A DNA stretch of 44,154 nucleotides from a virus. Lineage: Duplodnaviria > Caudoviricetes. Position numbers and translations under genes: made by a program. Position 1 is the first letter of the stretch. The number at the start of each line of letters is the position of its first letter. The notes under the pieces are model-generated. The model saw only the letters and a program-made list of their open reading frames with translations, did not search any database and was not told the origin of the DNA. The stretch is taken from the IMG/VR virus record IMGVR_UViG_3300030397_000609, positions 1 to 44,154 of that record. One strand, given 5' to 3'. This document shows, in pieces, positions 25,984-35,693 of the stretch.

Positions 25984-26519
25984 AAGTATTTTATCCTCTT
26001 ACAAAGGCATGGTGGGAGCAGATCGGTGAGTGGATGGCTGACGATGAGATCCGTGAGCCTGTACTTGGTGATACGCCTATCGAGGAGATACTGGCGGCGA
26101 TAAAGCGCGATACGGTAAAGGTAGCAGGATTGTTCGATGAAGGGACAGGGGAAGTACGGGGGGTGTTTGTTCTGACAGAGTATTTTGATCCCCAGATATG
26201 TGATCTGGCGTTATACTGCCCCAAAGGGCTGCGGCAATCATTGCCTGAGATACGGCAGTTTGCCGTAGAGCAGGGGTTCACGCAGATGAACTTCAGGACG
26301 CGGGTAGACAGGACGGAAGGTTGGGATAAAAGGTCGGTAGGGCATTATGAGAAAGTATTGCAGCGCATGGGATTTGAGATGTCTGCCATCATGGGCAGTC
26401 CACGGGGATGGTATATAGTAGGATTGGAGAGACTTCATGTCAACGACGAAACCAGAGGCATCGCCAGGGACAGAGAATCTGTTGTCTCTGCTGACGGATC
26501 AAGGGAAAGCGCAGGCTGA
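25980..26519 (+). CDS. GNAT-like protein (putative)
   Basis: Position between nozzle and ejection genes; VLQRMGFE motif. Confidence 0.45.
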   Translation: MKVFYPLTKAWWEQIGEWMADDEIREPVLGDTPIEEILAAIKRDTVKVAGLFDEGTGEVRGVFVLTEYFDPQICDLALYCPKGLRQSLPEIRQFAVEQGFTQMNFRTRVDRTEGWDKRSVGHYEKVLQRMGFEMSAIMGSPRGWYIVGLERLHVNDETRGIARDRESVVSADGSRESAG

Positions 26520-27645
26520 CGCTACCAATCCTTTGTTGGGGCAGTTGTCGGGATTGTTCCAAAGTAATTTAGGTAGAGATCCGTTTGCTAATCCCGATGT
26601 AAGCCAGGGGTTCCCATCGTTCTTTACGGGTGGGAATCAAGGGAACACTACGCCCAGTGGTGGAAGTCCACAGGTGCGTGGGGGGACGGTTGTTGATGAA
26701 GCTCTTGCAGGAGTGCAGGAGAATGGGCAACGCTTTCGTCCTGTCGGTCGCAATCAAGTGTTACCCGACCTTAACATTCTGCCTGGGCCTGGTGGTGATG
26801 GCATCACGCCGCCACTTGACGGCAGTGGTGGGGACGTGATGTTCGGGGATCTGCGTGATCCCATAGATTTGGGTGGTGGCAACTCCCTTATATTTAGACC
26901 AGATGGATCATTCTCTTTTCTTGATCCTAATAGCAACGGGATACCACCAGGGCAACTGCCTGATGAGGCGCTACAAGCCTCCATTGATTTCTTTAACAAG
27001 CAATTCCAGGGTGATGAGAGGTTGCCTCCGCGTGGCCCAGATGCAACGGCAGAAGACCTCGCTACAGGAGGACAGGGGTTCGATAGCGGGGTTGCGCCCC
27101 CTTCTGGTGGTAGAGAACGGACTCCGCTGGAAGAAGCTCTTATTCGTCGCGTGACACAAGGGTTGGGAGAAGAGGGAGGCTTTTCCGATGATGTCTTCAA
27201 TCGGGCAAGCAGCAGGATCTTATCTCCGATCCGTGATCGGGCCGCAGCAGGAGGCAGGCTTGGAGCAGGGAATCTTGCTCTTGAAGAGTCGGAAGCCCTA
27301 ACCCCCCTTGCTTTAGAGGATGCGCGTCTCAGAACGCAATCTAATCTCTCTCGCAACGATCAGGCGTCACAGCTTGTAAGCCAGATATTTGGCAGGGACA
27401 TCGGCACGGAATCATTCAACAACGATCTGTTCTTCAGGAATTTACAAACGCAGCTTGGGCTGGAAGATCGGGGACGGTCAATACAACAAGACCCGTTGCG
27501 TTTTGCTTTATCATTCCTAAGTGGGCAGAACCCTGCTCAGACCTTCAGCAGTGCTGGCAACCTTAGTGCGGGGATAGATTCGAACAGAGGCAATAGTGGT
27601 GTGTTCCCTGGCATCGGTCAGCTTCTTCCATTCTTGTTCTTGTAG
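26437..27645 (+). CDS. Internal virion/DNA ejection protein
   Basis: G/Q/N-rich, low complexity, podovirus synteny. Confidence 0.6.
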   Translation: MSTTKPEASPGTENLLSLLTDQGKAQADATNPLLGQLSGLFQSNLGRDPFANPDVSQGFPSFFTGGNQGNTTPSGGSPQVRGGTVVDEALAGVQENGQRFRPVGRNQVLPDLNILPGPGGDGITPPLDGSGGDVMFGDLRDPIDLGGGNSLIFRPDGSFSFLDPNSNGIPPGQLPDEALQASIDFFNKQFQGDERLPPRGPDATAEDLATGGQGFDSGVAPPSGGRERTPLEEALIRRVTQGLGEEGGFSDDVFNRASSRILSPIRDRAAAGGRLGAGNLALEESEALTPLALEDARLRTQSNLSRNDQASQLVSQIFGRDIGTESFNNDLFFRNLQTQLGLEDRGRSIQQDPLRFALSFLSGQNPAQTFSSAGNLSAGIDSNRGNSGVFPGIGQLLPFLFL

Positions 27646-27653
27646 GAGTTATT

Positions 27654-28706
27654 ATGGCAAGCATATTGGATATAATTGCTCAGATTGCTGGGGGTGCGGC
27701 GCAAAGTGGTTCTACCATATTGCAGCAGAAGTTCCTGCAACGGCAGCGCTTGGAAGAAGATGCCGCACGGCGCAGGGAACAGCTCAATAATACGCTACGG
27801 GCGATAGCAACGCAGCGTGGCATGGGGCAAACATTGCTAAACCCTGATGAGGTGGATGCGGGAGCTGATCCTTCTACGCGAGAGGCGACGCTGGATGAAA
27901 TAAGATCCCGCTTTGCATTGCAGGGGAATACAGATCGGCAGCGCGAGAGCGAGGCCTTTGAGATCGAGAAGGAAAAGGTCAAGTCGGGGATATTAAACAA
28001 TGAGTCTTTGCAGCGGTCGCGGGATGCAGGAATAAAACAAGGTGATCGGAGCCTTGACATCCGCGAGGAAGGCAATGAGATAGATCGGGAGGCGCTGAGG
28101 CTGCGGGAGAAGGAGCTTAATGCTCGCCTCAAAGCGGTACAGGGAAATAAAGAATTTACTGCGTTGCAAAAGATACAGATGCAACAGGCGCTTGAATTGG
28201 CAGACAAAGCTGGTATGACGCCAGAGGAAATAGCGGAATTTATAGAGCCAGAAACCAATTTTGTATTTGCCTCTGGATTGCGCCGTGCGGCATTGCAACG
28301 ACTGGAACAAGGCGAGGTGGGCCGCATTGACGAGGTGCTTGACGCTGAAATTGCTGATGGTGTCACCAATGCAAGCCAGATGGCGGCAGAGGCGGCAGAG
28401 GAGATACAGCAGGTAAATGCCGAGCGGGAAGACGATGGCAGAGGGCCATTGCAGGAGCGTGAGCGGCTGCTTGTCGTCAGTAGGCTCATAGACAACTTTA
28501 TCGCAGAAAATCAGCTTGACAAGGAGTTCTCCCTCACCCCTGCCGACAAGCGGCGCATGGCGCTGCGGATCTTACAAGAGATGGAGCAGCCACAAGCGCC
28601 ACAAGAGCCAGGGATTCTGGATGCGATTTTCAATGCGTTTGGTTCTCTCCGTGAGAACCCTGAGCGCAACCTGGATTTCTCTCGCCTTTTTAGAGGTGGA
28701 CAATGA
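27654..28706 (+). CDS. Internal virion/DNA ejection protein
   Basis: Helical, E/R/Q-rich, podovirus synteny. Confidence 0.6.
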   Translation: MASILDIIAQIAGGAAQSGSTILQQKFLQRQRLEEDAARRREQLNNTLRAIATQRGMGQTLLNPDEVDAGADPSTREATLDEIRSRFALQGNTDRQRESEAFEIEKEKVKSGILNNESLQRSRDAGIKQGDRSLDIREEGNEIDREALRLREKELNARLKAVQGNKEFTALQKIQMQQALELADKAGMTPEEIAEFIEPETNFVFASGLRRAALQRLEQGEVGRIDEVLDAEIADGVTNASQMAAEAAEEIQQVNAEREDDGRGPLQERERLLVVSRLIDNFIAENQLDKEFSLTPADKRRMALRILQEMEQPQAPQEPGILDAIFNAFGSLRENPERNLDFSRLFRGGQ

Positions 28707-31700
28707 GCTTAGACCCCAAAGAGTTCTTCCCTGACACCATCCTGGGCGACCAGGTGCAGGAGCCGCTTGAGATGGTGGAGCGGCTGCTACAGCTATTTGG
28801 CGAAAAAGCCTTTGTGGAGCCTGTGGCAGAGGGCGTTGGGACAGCAGGAAAAGTTCTGAACAAGGCATTTGAGATCCCTGTTGTCGGCCCTGCGGCTGAA
28901 GCTGCGTTAGTTCGTCCACAGAGAGCCGTAGCGGGGGCCATTGCCGTAGGTATGGGGGAGGTTGAGAACCCCAATCCGTTTGCTGGCAAGCTGGACCAGA
29001 TGTTCAACCAGGCGGTAGCGGAGCTGATAGAAGGGGAATTTGAGGGCCACAAAGCACGGGGCAAGGACATCGGGGAGACGGTATTGCCAGAGGGTCATCC
29101 GCTGGCACAGCTTGGCATCGACGTTGGCGCAGGGCTGCTTGCACCAGCGGGGTACACAAAAGCCGTCAAAGCGTTTACTGACATACCGCAGGTGGCAAAG
29201 TTTTTGGATGAGAGTCGTGAATTTGTGAAGTCCGATCTTGGGAGGCTCGCAGAGGAAACAGGTGCAGCGGGGTTGCCCAATCCCTTTTCTAAAGGCGGTG
29301 CCAGCGATGAGGCAAAAGACATCGCAGGTAGATTGCAGAAGGCGCGAGGAAAGTTCACAGCGAAGTCTTTTGCTACAAAAGGATCCAAGCTCGACCAGAA
29401 GTTGGCACAAGAGGAAAAAGATTTACGCGAGATCATATCAGACCTGGATGCGTATGAAAAACAGGTCTTCCAGGAGATGACGGATGACCTTCGCGGTGAA
29501 AACGCTTTGTACAAACGGATACGGGGTGATGGCGGCATAGACATGCGCTCTGCCGACAGGGATATATGGGTTGGACTAAAAAACAATAGCGGTAGAGATC
29601 CCTCCGATATGGCCGACTTGCTTGGGTTCAACGATGCAGAGGCGATGTTCGATGCGATAGAGGCAGAGGCAAGGGCTTTAAAAGAGATTCCTGACCGCGC
29701 CCACAGCTTTGTCCGTGGCAACGTGGACTTCCGTGATTCTACGGGAAGTCGTTTTGAGCCTGAGCAGCGTCTTGCTCGCATAGAGGCGCTGCGGAAACGC
29801 TTTTCTGCTCGTATGGAGCGCGGACCGCGCGACCTGACCATAAAGCCAGATGTCGAGCCTACCGTCATAAATAACGCTTCGGGAGAGCCGATCAATAATG
29901 TCTGGCCGCCGATAGATGGGCAGCAGTCTATATTCGATGATGGCGCTCCCCCTCGTCGTGGGTTTGTTACCAGGGAGTTTGCCTTTGCCCAGCAGGGATA
30001 CCGTGACCTGCCAGAGCGCGATCTGTTTATAGCCAACACGCCACAGGGTAGCGCTGGAACGATGGACTACCTGCGAGCGATAAAATGGGTGGAGAAAAAA
30101 GAGAACGGCCCATTGCGGAAGGCGTTTCGCAAGGTGGAGGACGCCAATTTTAACCGTGCTAAGGAGCTGGAAGATTTTGGCACGGAGATGCAAAATGTCA
30201 TCGGCAACAAGGGCAGGATGCCCCACAAAGACAGCAACGAGCAGATATTTAAGCATATAGAAGGCCGCGCAGACAGGGCGCTGGATGAGGATGAGCTGCG
30301 TATCGTAGAGTGGGGCAGGGCTAAATATAAGGACTTGTTGCAGCGCGTGAATGCGGAACGTGTGAAAGTCGGCCTTGATGAGATCCCTGAGATAGACAAC
30401 TACGTATCCCATATTTTTGATATATCCCTTATGGACGAGGTGTGGGGGCTATTTACCAAAGAGTCGAGAGAGATATGGGACATAGCAAAAAAACAGGGTA
30501 TACCATCGAAGACCCCTGCGACATTTTTTGCCAATAGACGCAAGGGGGCATTGGGGTTCCGTGAGGACTTCTCTGCTGCTATGAAGGCGTATGCGCCTGT
30601 GGCATTGCGTAATATCCACATGCTTGCCCCTGTAGACGCATCACGGGCGTATGTAAAACACCTGCCGCCACGGGCACAGACATATTTCACCAAGTGGCTC
30701 GACGAAGGGGCACTTGGAAGGGTGGCGGGGTTAGACCAGCAGTTTGATCCCAAAGTCACTAACGTCACAGCGAAGATCGGCGCTCGCGTTGCCCGTAATC
30801 TTATCGTGGGCAATTTGGGTACGGCAGCGTTACAGCTCTCGTCTCTTGCCCATGTTATAACAGAGGCAGGATTGGGTAACACTGTAAAGGCTATTGGGGC
30901 TGATGCTATGCCCAGCCTGTTAAAAAAGGTGGGGGGTTTTGACGAAGCCACGCAACAGGCTGAAGGGTTGAGGGCGCTGGCGTGGTCATTTGGCAGTGGA
31001 TGGGATTTTGCGAAGGCCAACTCCAAGACGCTGCAAGCACGGCGATTCCAGAATTTCGAGGATATGCTGCCAGAGAGCCAGGCGTTGTCACGGTTTGAGG
31101 AGATTGCCAACCTCCCATTGCAGACGACTGATGCGATCAACGTAGCGTGGTCGTTTAACGCAGGATACATGAAGGCCCGTAAGCAGCTTGGCATGGATCA
31201 TGCTGAAGCGATACAGTGGGCCGATGATTTTGCTACACGCACCCAGGCGCAGTTCGACAGGCTATATAAATCCCCGATCTTGCGTAACCGCATGGTCAGC
31301 TCTACCGTTGGGCAGTTCCAGACGTGGACAACCAACTTCTTCAACTGGCTGGGATACGATCTTGTAAAGAACCCTGACCTTAGCTCTGTGGACAAGCTGA
31401 AGCAGGGGGCGACCCTGGTCGGCAGCATCATGGCTATAAACCACATTTACGGTAGCATGGGGCTAAGACCTCCCTTTGAAGTCCCCTCTTCCATTGTGCC
31501 GTTTTCCAACGCTTTGGGGGCATTTACCAACGTGCCTGGGTTCAAAGAGCCAGGGCGATCAGGTGCCCCAGCGGGATTCCAGTCTGCGGTGGACTTTGGA
31601 TCGTCGCTAAAAAATGTCGTCTCGGAGCAACTGTTCAACACTCGTACACGGAGGCAGGAAGAAGCGGATGTGGATAAGCTCATTAAAAGCTCGGCACGGC

Positions 31701-31984
31701 TATTCCCTCCGTCAGGTGGCAACGCCATCCAAAAATTGCTGCTTGGAGCGAGAGATGCAGAGAGGGGCTTTTCACGCGCTGGCAACAAGAGGATACCTAT
31801 GACACGCGATGATAGTCTGTTGGGTCAGGGCGTAGAGGGATTGGCAGGAAAAGAGGGTGTGGAGTTTTTAAATATATTACGGTCGCTTACGATGGGATCG
31901 GGCAACAGACCAGCGGTGCGCGAAGGGTTTGAGAACGATGGGATATTAAGTCAAATTTTCGGCGGGTCAGTGTTCGGTAAATAA
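28703..31984 (+). CDS. Large internal virion/DNA ejection protein
   Basis: 1093 aa, helical, A..WADDFATRTQ...QFQTW-type C-terminal pattern. Confidence 0.7.
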   Translation: MSLDPKEFFPDTILGDQVQEPLEMVERLLQLFGEKAFVEPVAEGVGTAGKVLNKAFEIPVVGPAAEAALVRPQRAVAGAIAVGMGEVENPNPFAGKLDQMFNQAVAELIEGEFEGHKARGKDIGETVLPEGHPLAQLGIDVGAGLLAPAGYTKAVKAFTDIPQVAKFLDESREFVKSDLGRLAEETGAAGLPNPFSKGGASDEAKDIAGRLQKARGKFTAKSFATKGSKLDQKLAQEEKDLREIISDLDAYEKQVFQEMTDDLRGENALYKRIRGDGGIDMRSADRDIWVGLKNNSGRDPSDMADLLGFNDAEAMFDAIEAEARALKEIPDRAHSFVRGNVDFRDSTGSRFEPEQRLARIEALRKRFSARMERGPRDLTIKPDVEPTVINNASGEPINNVWPPIDGQQSIFDDGAPPRRGFVTREFAFAQQGYRDLPERDLFIANTPQGSAGTMDYLRAIKWVEKKENGPLRKAFRKVEDANFNRAKELEDFGTEMQNVIGNKGRMPHKDSNEQIFKHIEGRADRALDEDELRIVEWGRAKYKDLLQRVNAERVKVGLDEIPEIDNYVSHIFDISLMDEVWGLFTKESREIWDIAKKQGIPSKTPATFFANRRKGALGFREDFSAAMKAYAPVALRNIHMLAPVDASRAYVKHLPPRAQTYFTKWLDEGALGRVAGLDQQFDPKVTNVTAKIGARVARNLIVGNLGTAALQLSSLAHVITEAGLGNTVKAIGADAMPSLLKKVGGFDEATQQAEGLRALAWSFGSGWDFAKANSKTLQARRFQNFEDMLPESQALSRFEEIANLPLQTTDAINVAWSFNAGYMKARKQLGMDHAEAIQWADDFATRTQAQFDRLYKSPILRNRMVSSTVGQFQTWTTNFFNWLGYDLVKNPDLSSVDKLKQGATLVGSIMAINHIYGSMGLRPPFEVPSSIVPFSNALGAFTNVPGFKEPGRSGAPAGFQSAVDFGSSLKNVVSEQLFNTRTRRQEEADVDKLIKSSARLFPPSGGNAIQKLLLGARDAERGFSRAGNKRIPMTRDDSLLGQGVEGLAGKEGVEFLNILRSLTMGSGNRPAVREGFENDGILSQIFGGSVFGK

Positions 31985-31994
31985 GGAGAACAGC

Positions 31995-32348
31995 ATGGCA
32001 GAGCTTCTATATGAGGATTATTCGGGTGACAGAGAGCGGAAGTTCGGGGAGTTCCTGTTCACGATTGCTGACAGCGCCACAGACAGCGAGACAATCGACA
32101 TCCGTGGCGTGGGCAATGTCTGTGTGCAGTTCCTCGCTGACTTCGGCCAGACGGTTGCGGTGCATGTGTCGTATAACGATTCGACCTACGATGCCTTGTA
32201 TTCAAGAGATGGTGAAGCGGTTCAGTTTACCACTACGGATAGTCGGGCATATGACATCCCTGAAGCAGCAGGGGCACACTATATGAAATTTGTGGCTGCA
32301 AGCGCCGTTTCGGGGGCAAAGACGGGCGTTCTCATGGCAAAGGTCTAA
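31995..32348 (+). CDS. Small virion protein
   Basis: 117 aa, beta-rich; AGGAG SD. Confidence 0.6.
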   Translation: MAELLYEDYSGDRERKFGEFLFTIADSATDSETIDIRGVGNVCVQFLADFGQTVAVHVSYNDSTYDALYSRDGEAVQFTTTDSRAYDIPEAAGAHYMKFVAASAVSGAKTGVLMAKV

Positions 32349-32349
32349 T

Positions 32350-32793
32350 ATGTCGCTTGTCAATGTTGTAACCATAAGGCGCCGCGCATCCATCCCTACT
32401 GTGCCACGATTTAGCATGGGAGAGGTGGGAACGGTATCGGACACAACGGTACGAGTGTGGTTTAACAGGCCCATTAACTCCCCTGCGCTGGGGTATGACG
32501 CAGGGGTAGTGATTAACGTGGATGCTTCTCCTGCCACAATAAACTCTGCTACGAGGCAGACAAACCAGGCGCTTGTACATTATGTCCTTAGTGCGGCGGT
32601 AACAAATGGTCAGGCCGTCACGTTCCAGTATACGGCTGCATCGGGGGACATCGAGAACCAGCTCGCAGTGCCAGAGGCGTTGGGCAATGTGGCAGAGACA
32701 GCTTTGACAAACAATGTGATGACGGGAATGCAGAAACTTGATTTCAGTGAGTCAACCAACTCTGAATATTTATTTCTACTGTTACTGGATTGA
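32350..32793 (+). CDS. Virion protein with SwmB-like Ig repeat
   Basis: TVRVWFN...VINVD...LSAAVTNGQAVTFQYTAASGDI. Confidence 0.55.
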   Translation: MSLVNVVTIRRRASIPTVPRFSMGEVGTVSDTTVRVWFNRPINSPALGYDAGVVINVDASPATINSATRQTNQALVHYVLSAAVTNGQAVTFQYTAASGDIENQLAVPEALGNVAETALTNNVMTGMQKLDFSESTNSEYLFLLLLD

Positions 32794-32802
32794 GGTGAGA
32801 CG

Positions 32803-34191
32803 ATGCCTAATCTTTATATAAAAGACGGCAATGACAACGATTTTTATATCGAATATGAGCATGGTACAGGGGCATCGGGCACACCAGCGCAGTTCGGTAT
32901 CAACACGGCAGATTTTGATTCTGGTGCTGGAACAGACTATGCCCGTGTGATGGGCATTTACCTGCCTGGTGCTGGTGGGGGTGTAATTGGTGGCACGGCT
33001 ACCAACCCTTTGAGGTTTGACCCTACCAATGATACGAAGACGGCAACGACTGTGGCAGATGGCGATGATGCTTCGCTGGGTACCACGACAGACACGATAA
33101 GCGCCGCAGGTGCCAACGCAACGGTGCAATCGCAGCTCAAGCGTCTTACCACGGATATAGACGCTATTAAAACGGCAGTGCAGCTTCTTGACAACATGAT
33201 CTCTGGCAACGAGGGGCAGGTTGATGTTGTCACGTCTGCCCTGCCGTCAGGCGCCGCCACAGAGGCGACTGTGGATGCCATAAAAACTGCCGTAGAAGTG
33301 TTGGACAACATCGTCAGCGGCAACGAGGCCCAGGTGGACGTGGTAACGCTACCTGGTACGGTTGCCAGTGACATAACAGCGATCAAGACGGCAGTAGAGA
33401 TACTTGATAATGTCGTTAGTGGTAGCGAGGCACAGGTGGATGTCCTCACCCTTCCTTCCGATCCGCTTGGCGCATCTGCCGATTTGATCGTGGCAGCAGG
33501 TGACGAGGGTACTATATCGGCCAAGCTGCGGCGACTGACGAACGATATGGATCGTGCTGCCGATGTCCTTGAAGGGCTTACTTCCGATAGCGATGAGGAC
33601 ACCTTGCCTTCGGGGACACTTTCTGGCCCGTTTAACATGACGCGGCGGCGGGACACCCCCGTATCGGGTACAACGACAGATGGTTACTACTCAGGGGAAA
33701 TCTCCGATCAGCTCGGTGCCAAATGGGTACACGCTATTGGTGGGGATATAAAGTCCGTCCAGGTGACGATGACGGCATCTACCGATACACATGGTGCAGG
33801 AGATGTCATTGCCGATACGCAGGTTGCAGCGGCGCTATTTCGGGCCAATGACCTCGGTGGTGTATTGCAGTCGATTAACGTTATTGACAAGGGCAAAGCC
33901 GATGCAGCGATGGATATATGGGTGCTACGTGCCAACCACCAGGTGGGAGCGGAATCCGCTGTTATCGACATCACGGATACAGAGGCGCTTGATGTGGTGT
34001 GGATCGAGGAGATCGCCGCAGCAGATTGGAAGGACGGGGGGACGCATGGCCGTTATGACTCAGGGGCCATTGGAGAGCCTGTTATGCCCGTAACGGGGAC
34101 AGATGATTTGTATGTTGCTGTCGTCGCCCGTGGTGCCATTACACCTGGCGCATCGGATCTGGTTGTTGAAATAGGAGTGCTACAGAACTAA
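32803..34191 (+). CDS. Tail fiber/spike with internal repeats
   Basis: Three AIKTAV..LDN..SG.E.QVDV.T repeats. Confidence 0.65.
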   Translation: MPNLYIKDGNDNDFYIEYEHGTGASGTPAQFGINTADFDSGAGTDYARVMGIYLPGAGGGVIGGTATNPLRFDPTNDTKTATTVADGDDASLGTTTDTISAAGANATVQSQLKRLTTDIDAIKTAVQLLDNMISGNEGQVDVVTSALPSGAATEATVDAIKTAVEVLDNIVSGNEAQVDVVTLPGTVASDITAIKTAVEILDNVVSGSEAQVDVLTLPSDPLGASADLIVAAGDEGTISAKLRRLTNDMDRAADVLEGLTSDSDEDTLPSGTLSGPFNMTRRRDTPVSGTTTDGYYSGEISDQLGAKWVHAIGGDIKSVQVTMTASTDTHGAGDVIADTQVAAALFRANDLGGVLQSINVIDKGKADAAMDIWVLRANHQVGAESAVIDITDTEALDVVWIEEIAAADWKDGGTHGRYDSGAIGEPVMPVTGTDDLYVAVVARGAITPGASDLVVEIGVLQN

Positions 34192-35369
34192 TGCCACTCA
34201 TCTTACCGCATAGACGATCATTGTTATACCCCAGGCGGCCCGTTGTGGCTGCTGGTGGCGGCGGGTCGGCCACCTATTTAAGGGCGCATGTCAACAGGAC
34301 GGGGCTTACTGGCTCTGACAACAATGATGTCATATCGCTTCAGTTTGACAGCGGCGGCGATGCACCTGATAGCACGTCAACGTCAGGATGGACGATAGAC
34401 GTGCGGAATACGCTTGATGCGGCAAATGACTGGTATCGCCTGGATCTTTCCTCTACAACTGGGGCCATAGATGGCTATTACCTGGATTTTACTCAAGGCG
34501 GTACGGTAACAGATGTCCAGGCAACGCAGGACATCCGTGTGTCTTATGACAGTGGCACAGGGAATGTGACGGGGCTGGATAGTTTCACCAATACTATAAC
34601 GCTCGATAGCGCGGGGTACAACCTGTCCACAACGGATATACCAACCGATCTTGTTGCAGTTTGGGGTATGAATGAAACAGGAAGCACCGCTGACAGGGTA
34701 AACCTCTGGAACTCTGGCACCCATGATCTAACGCCATCCAACACTCCGTCCAGCATAACAGGTAAGCTTGGCAACGCCACTGACTTTGATGATGCGTCGA
34801 CGGAATACCTGAGTGTGGCGCACCATGCTGATTTTGCGACATCGGCAACCGAGCATTTTATGATAAGTGTTTGGGCCAATAAGGACAGTGGCGCTACTGA
34901 CGGTACCATAATCTCCAAGTATGATCCATCGGGGGATCAGAATTGGTGGTTTCATGTTCAATCTTCATCCACATATAGATGGAGGATCACAAGAAGCTCT
35001 GGATCTACAAGCGTCCTGACCTTTGGTTCTGTATCTACAGGATGGGCGCATTTTTTTCTTGGGTTTGATCCTGATGGAGTGGACACCCCTGGCGAGAATG
35101 AGGGGTGGGCCAGAGAAAACAACGGAACTGAAGGTTATGTGGACATGTTCGCTCAGGATATAATGACCGCAGAAACACCAAGTATTGGGGTTGGCGCTTA
35201 TGGAATTGATGGCACTCCCGCTATGGCTCTTGCAGGTGCAGTTGATCAAACTATGTACTGGGGCGGGTATACCACCAAAAAGAGCGAAGTTACTCTAACA
35301 TCTATTTACAACGGCGGGAACGGGAATCCATTCCCCTTTACACCAGATCACAGTGGAACGGTGTCATAA
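34191..35369 (+). CDS. LamG/concanavalin-like receptor-binding protein
   Basis: LVAVWGMNE...GKLGNATDFD...FMISVW..IISKY...GAVDQ. Confidence 0.7.
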   Translation: MPLILPHRRSLLYPRRPVVAAGGGGSATYLRAHVNRTGLTGSDNNDVISLQFDSGGDAPDSTSTSGWTIDVRNTLDAANDWYRLDLSSTTGAIDGYYLDFTQGGTVTDVQATQDIRVSYDSGTGNVTGLDSFTNTITLDSAGYNLSTTDIPTDLVAVWGMNETGSTADRVNLWNSGTHDLTPSNTPSSITGKLGNATDFDDASTEYLSVAHHADFATSATEHFMISVWANKDSGATDGTIISKYDPSGDQNWWFHVQSSSTYRWRITRSSGSTSVLTFGSVSTGWAHFFLGFDPDGVDTPGENEGWARENNGTEGYVDMFAQDIMTAETPSIGVGAYGIDGTPAMALAGAVDQTMYWGGYTTKKSEVTLTSIYNGGNGNPFPFTPDHSGTVS

Positions 35370-35677
35370 TGGTCAGACAAAAAAACCCTTCAATGGCTGA
35401 AGAATCGAGGGCTAACGCCGAATTTAATAAACTTGCTGTAATAGAGCGTCCCGATGGGAAAATATATGAGCAGGTTAAAAGCAGGGTAAATGGGGATGTC
35501 ACTTCCCGTGTGGACGTATATCAAAAAGATGGGGTAAAGGGATTTATTAAGATCGTTATTATCAAAAGACTCGATGGTACACTTTTGGCGAAGAAACACC
35601 ATGAAGGCCCACTTTCTTATTTTAGCAATAATAATGATGTGTGGCTTGATATAACGCCTGAAGAGGATGCGCCGTAA
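35369..35677 (+). CDS. Hypothetical protein
   Basis: Coupled 102-aa ORF. Confidence 0.55.
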   Translation: MVRQKNPSMAEESRANAEFNKLAVIERPDGKIYEQVKSRVNGDVTSRVDVYQKDGVKGFIKIVIIKRLDGTLLAKKHHEGPLSYFSNNNDVWLDITPEEDAP

Positions 35678-35693
35678 CAAAAAGGATTAACGC

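Noticed and set aside
26754-33656. Long antisense ORFs (e.g. 27680..28495, 29095..30039, 32958..33656)
   Set aside because: They are shadows of plus-strand structural genes, with no SD or recognisable motifs
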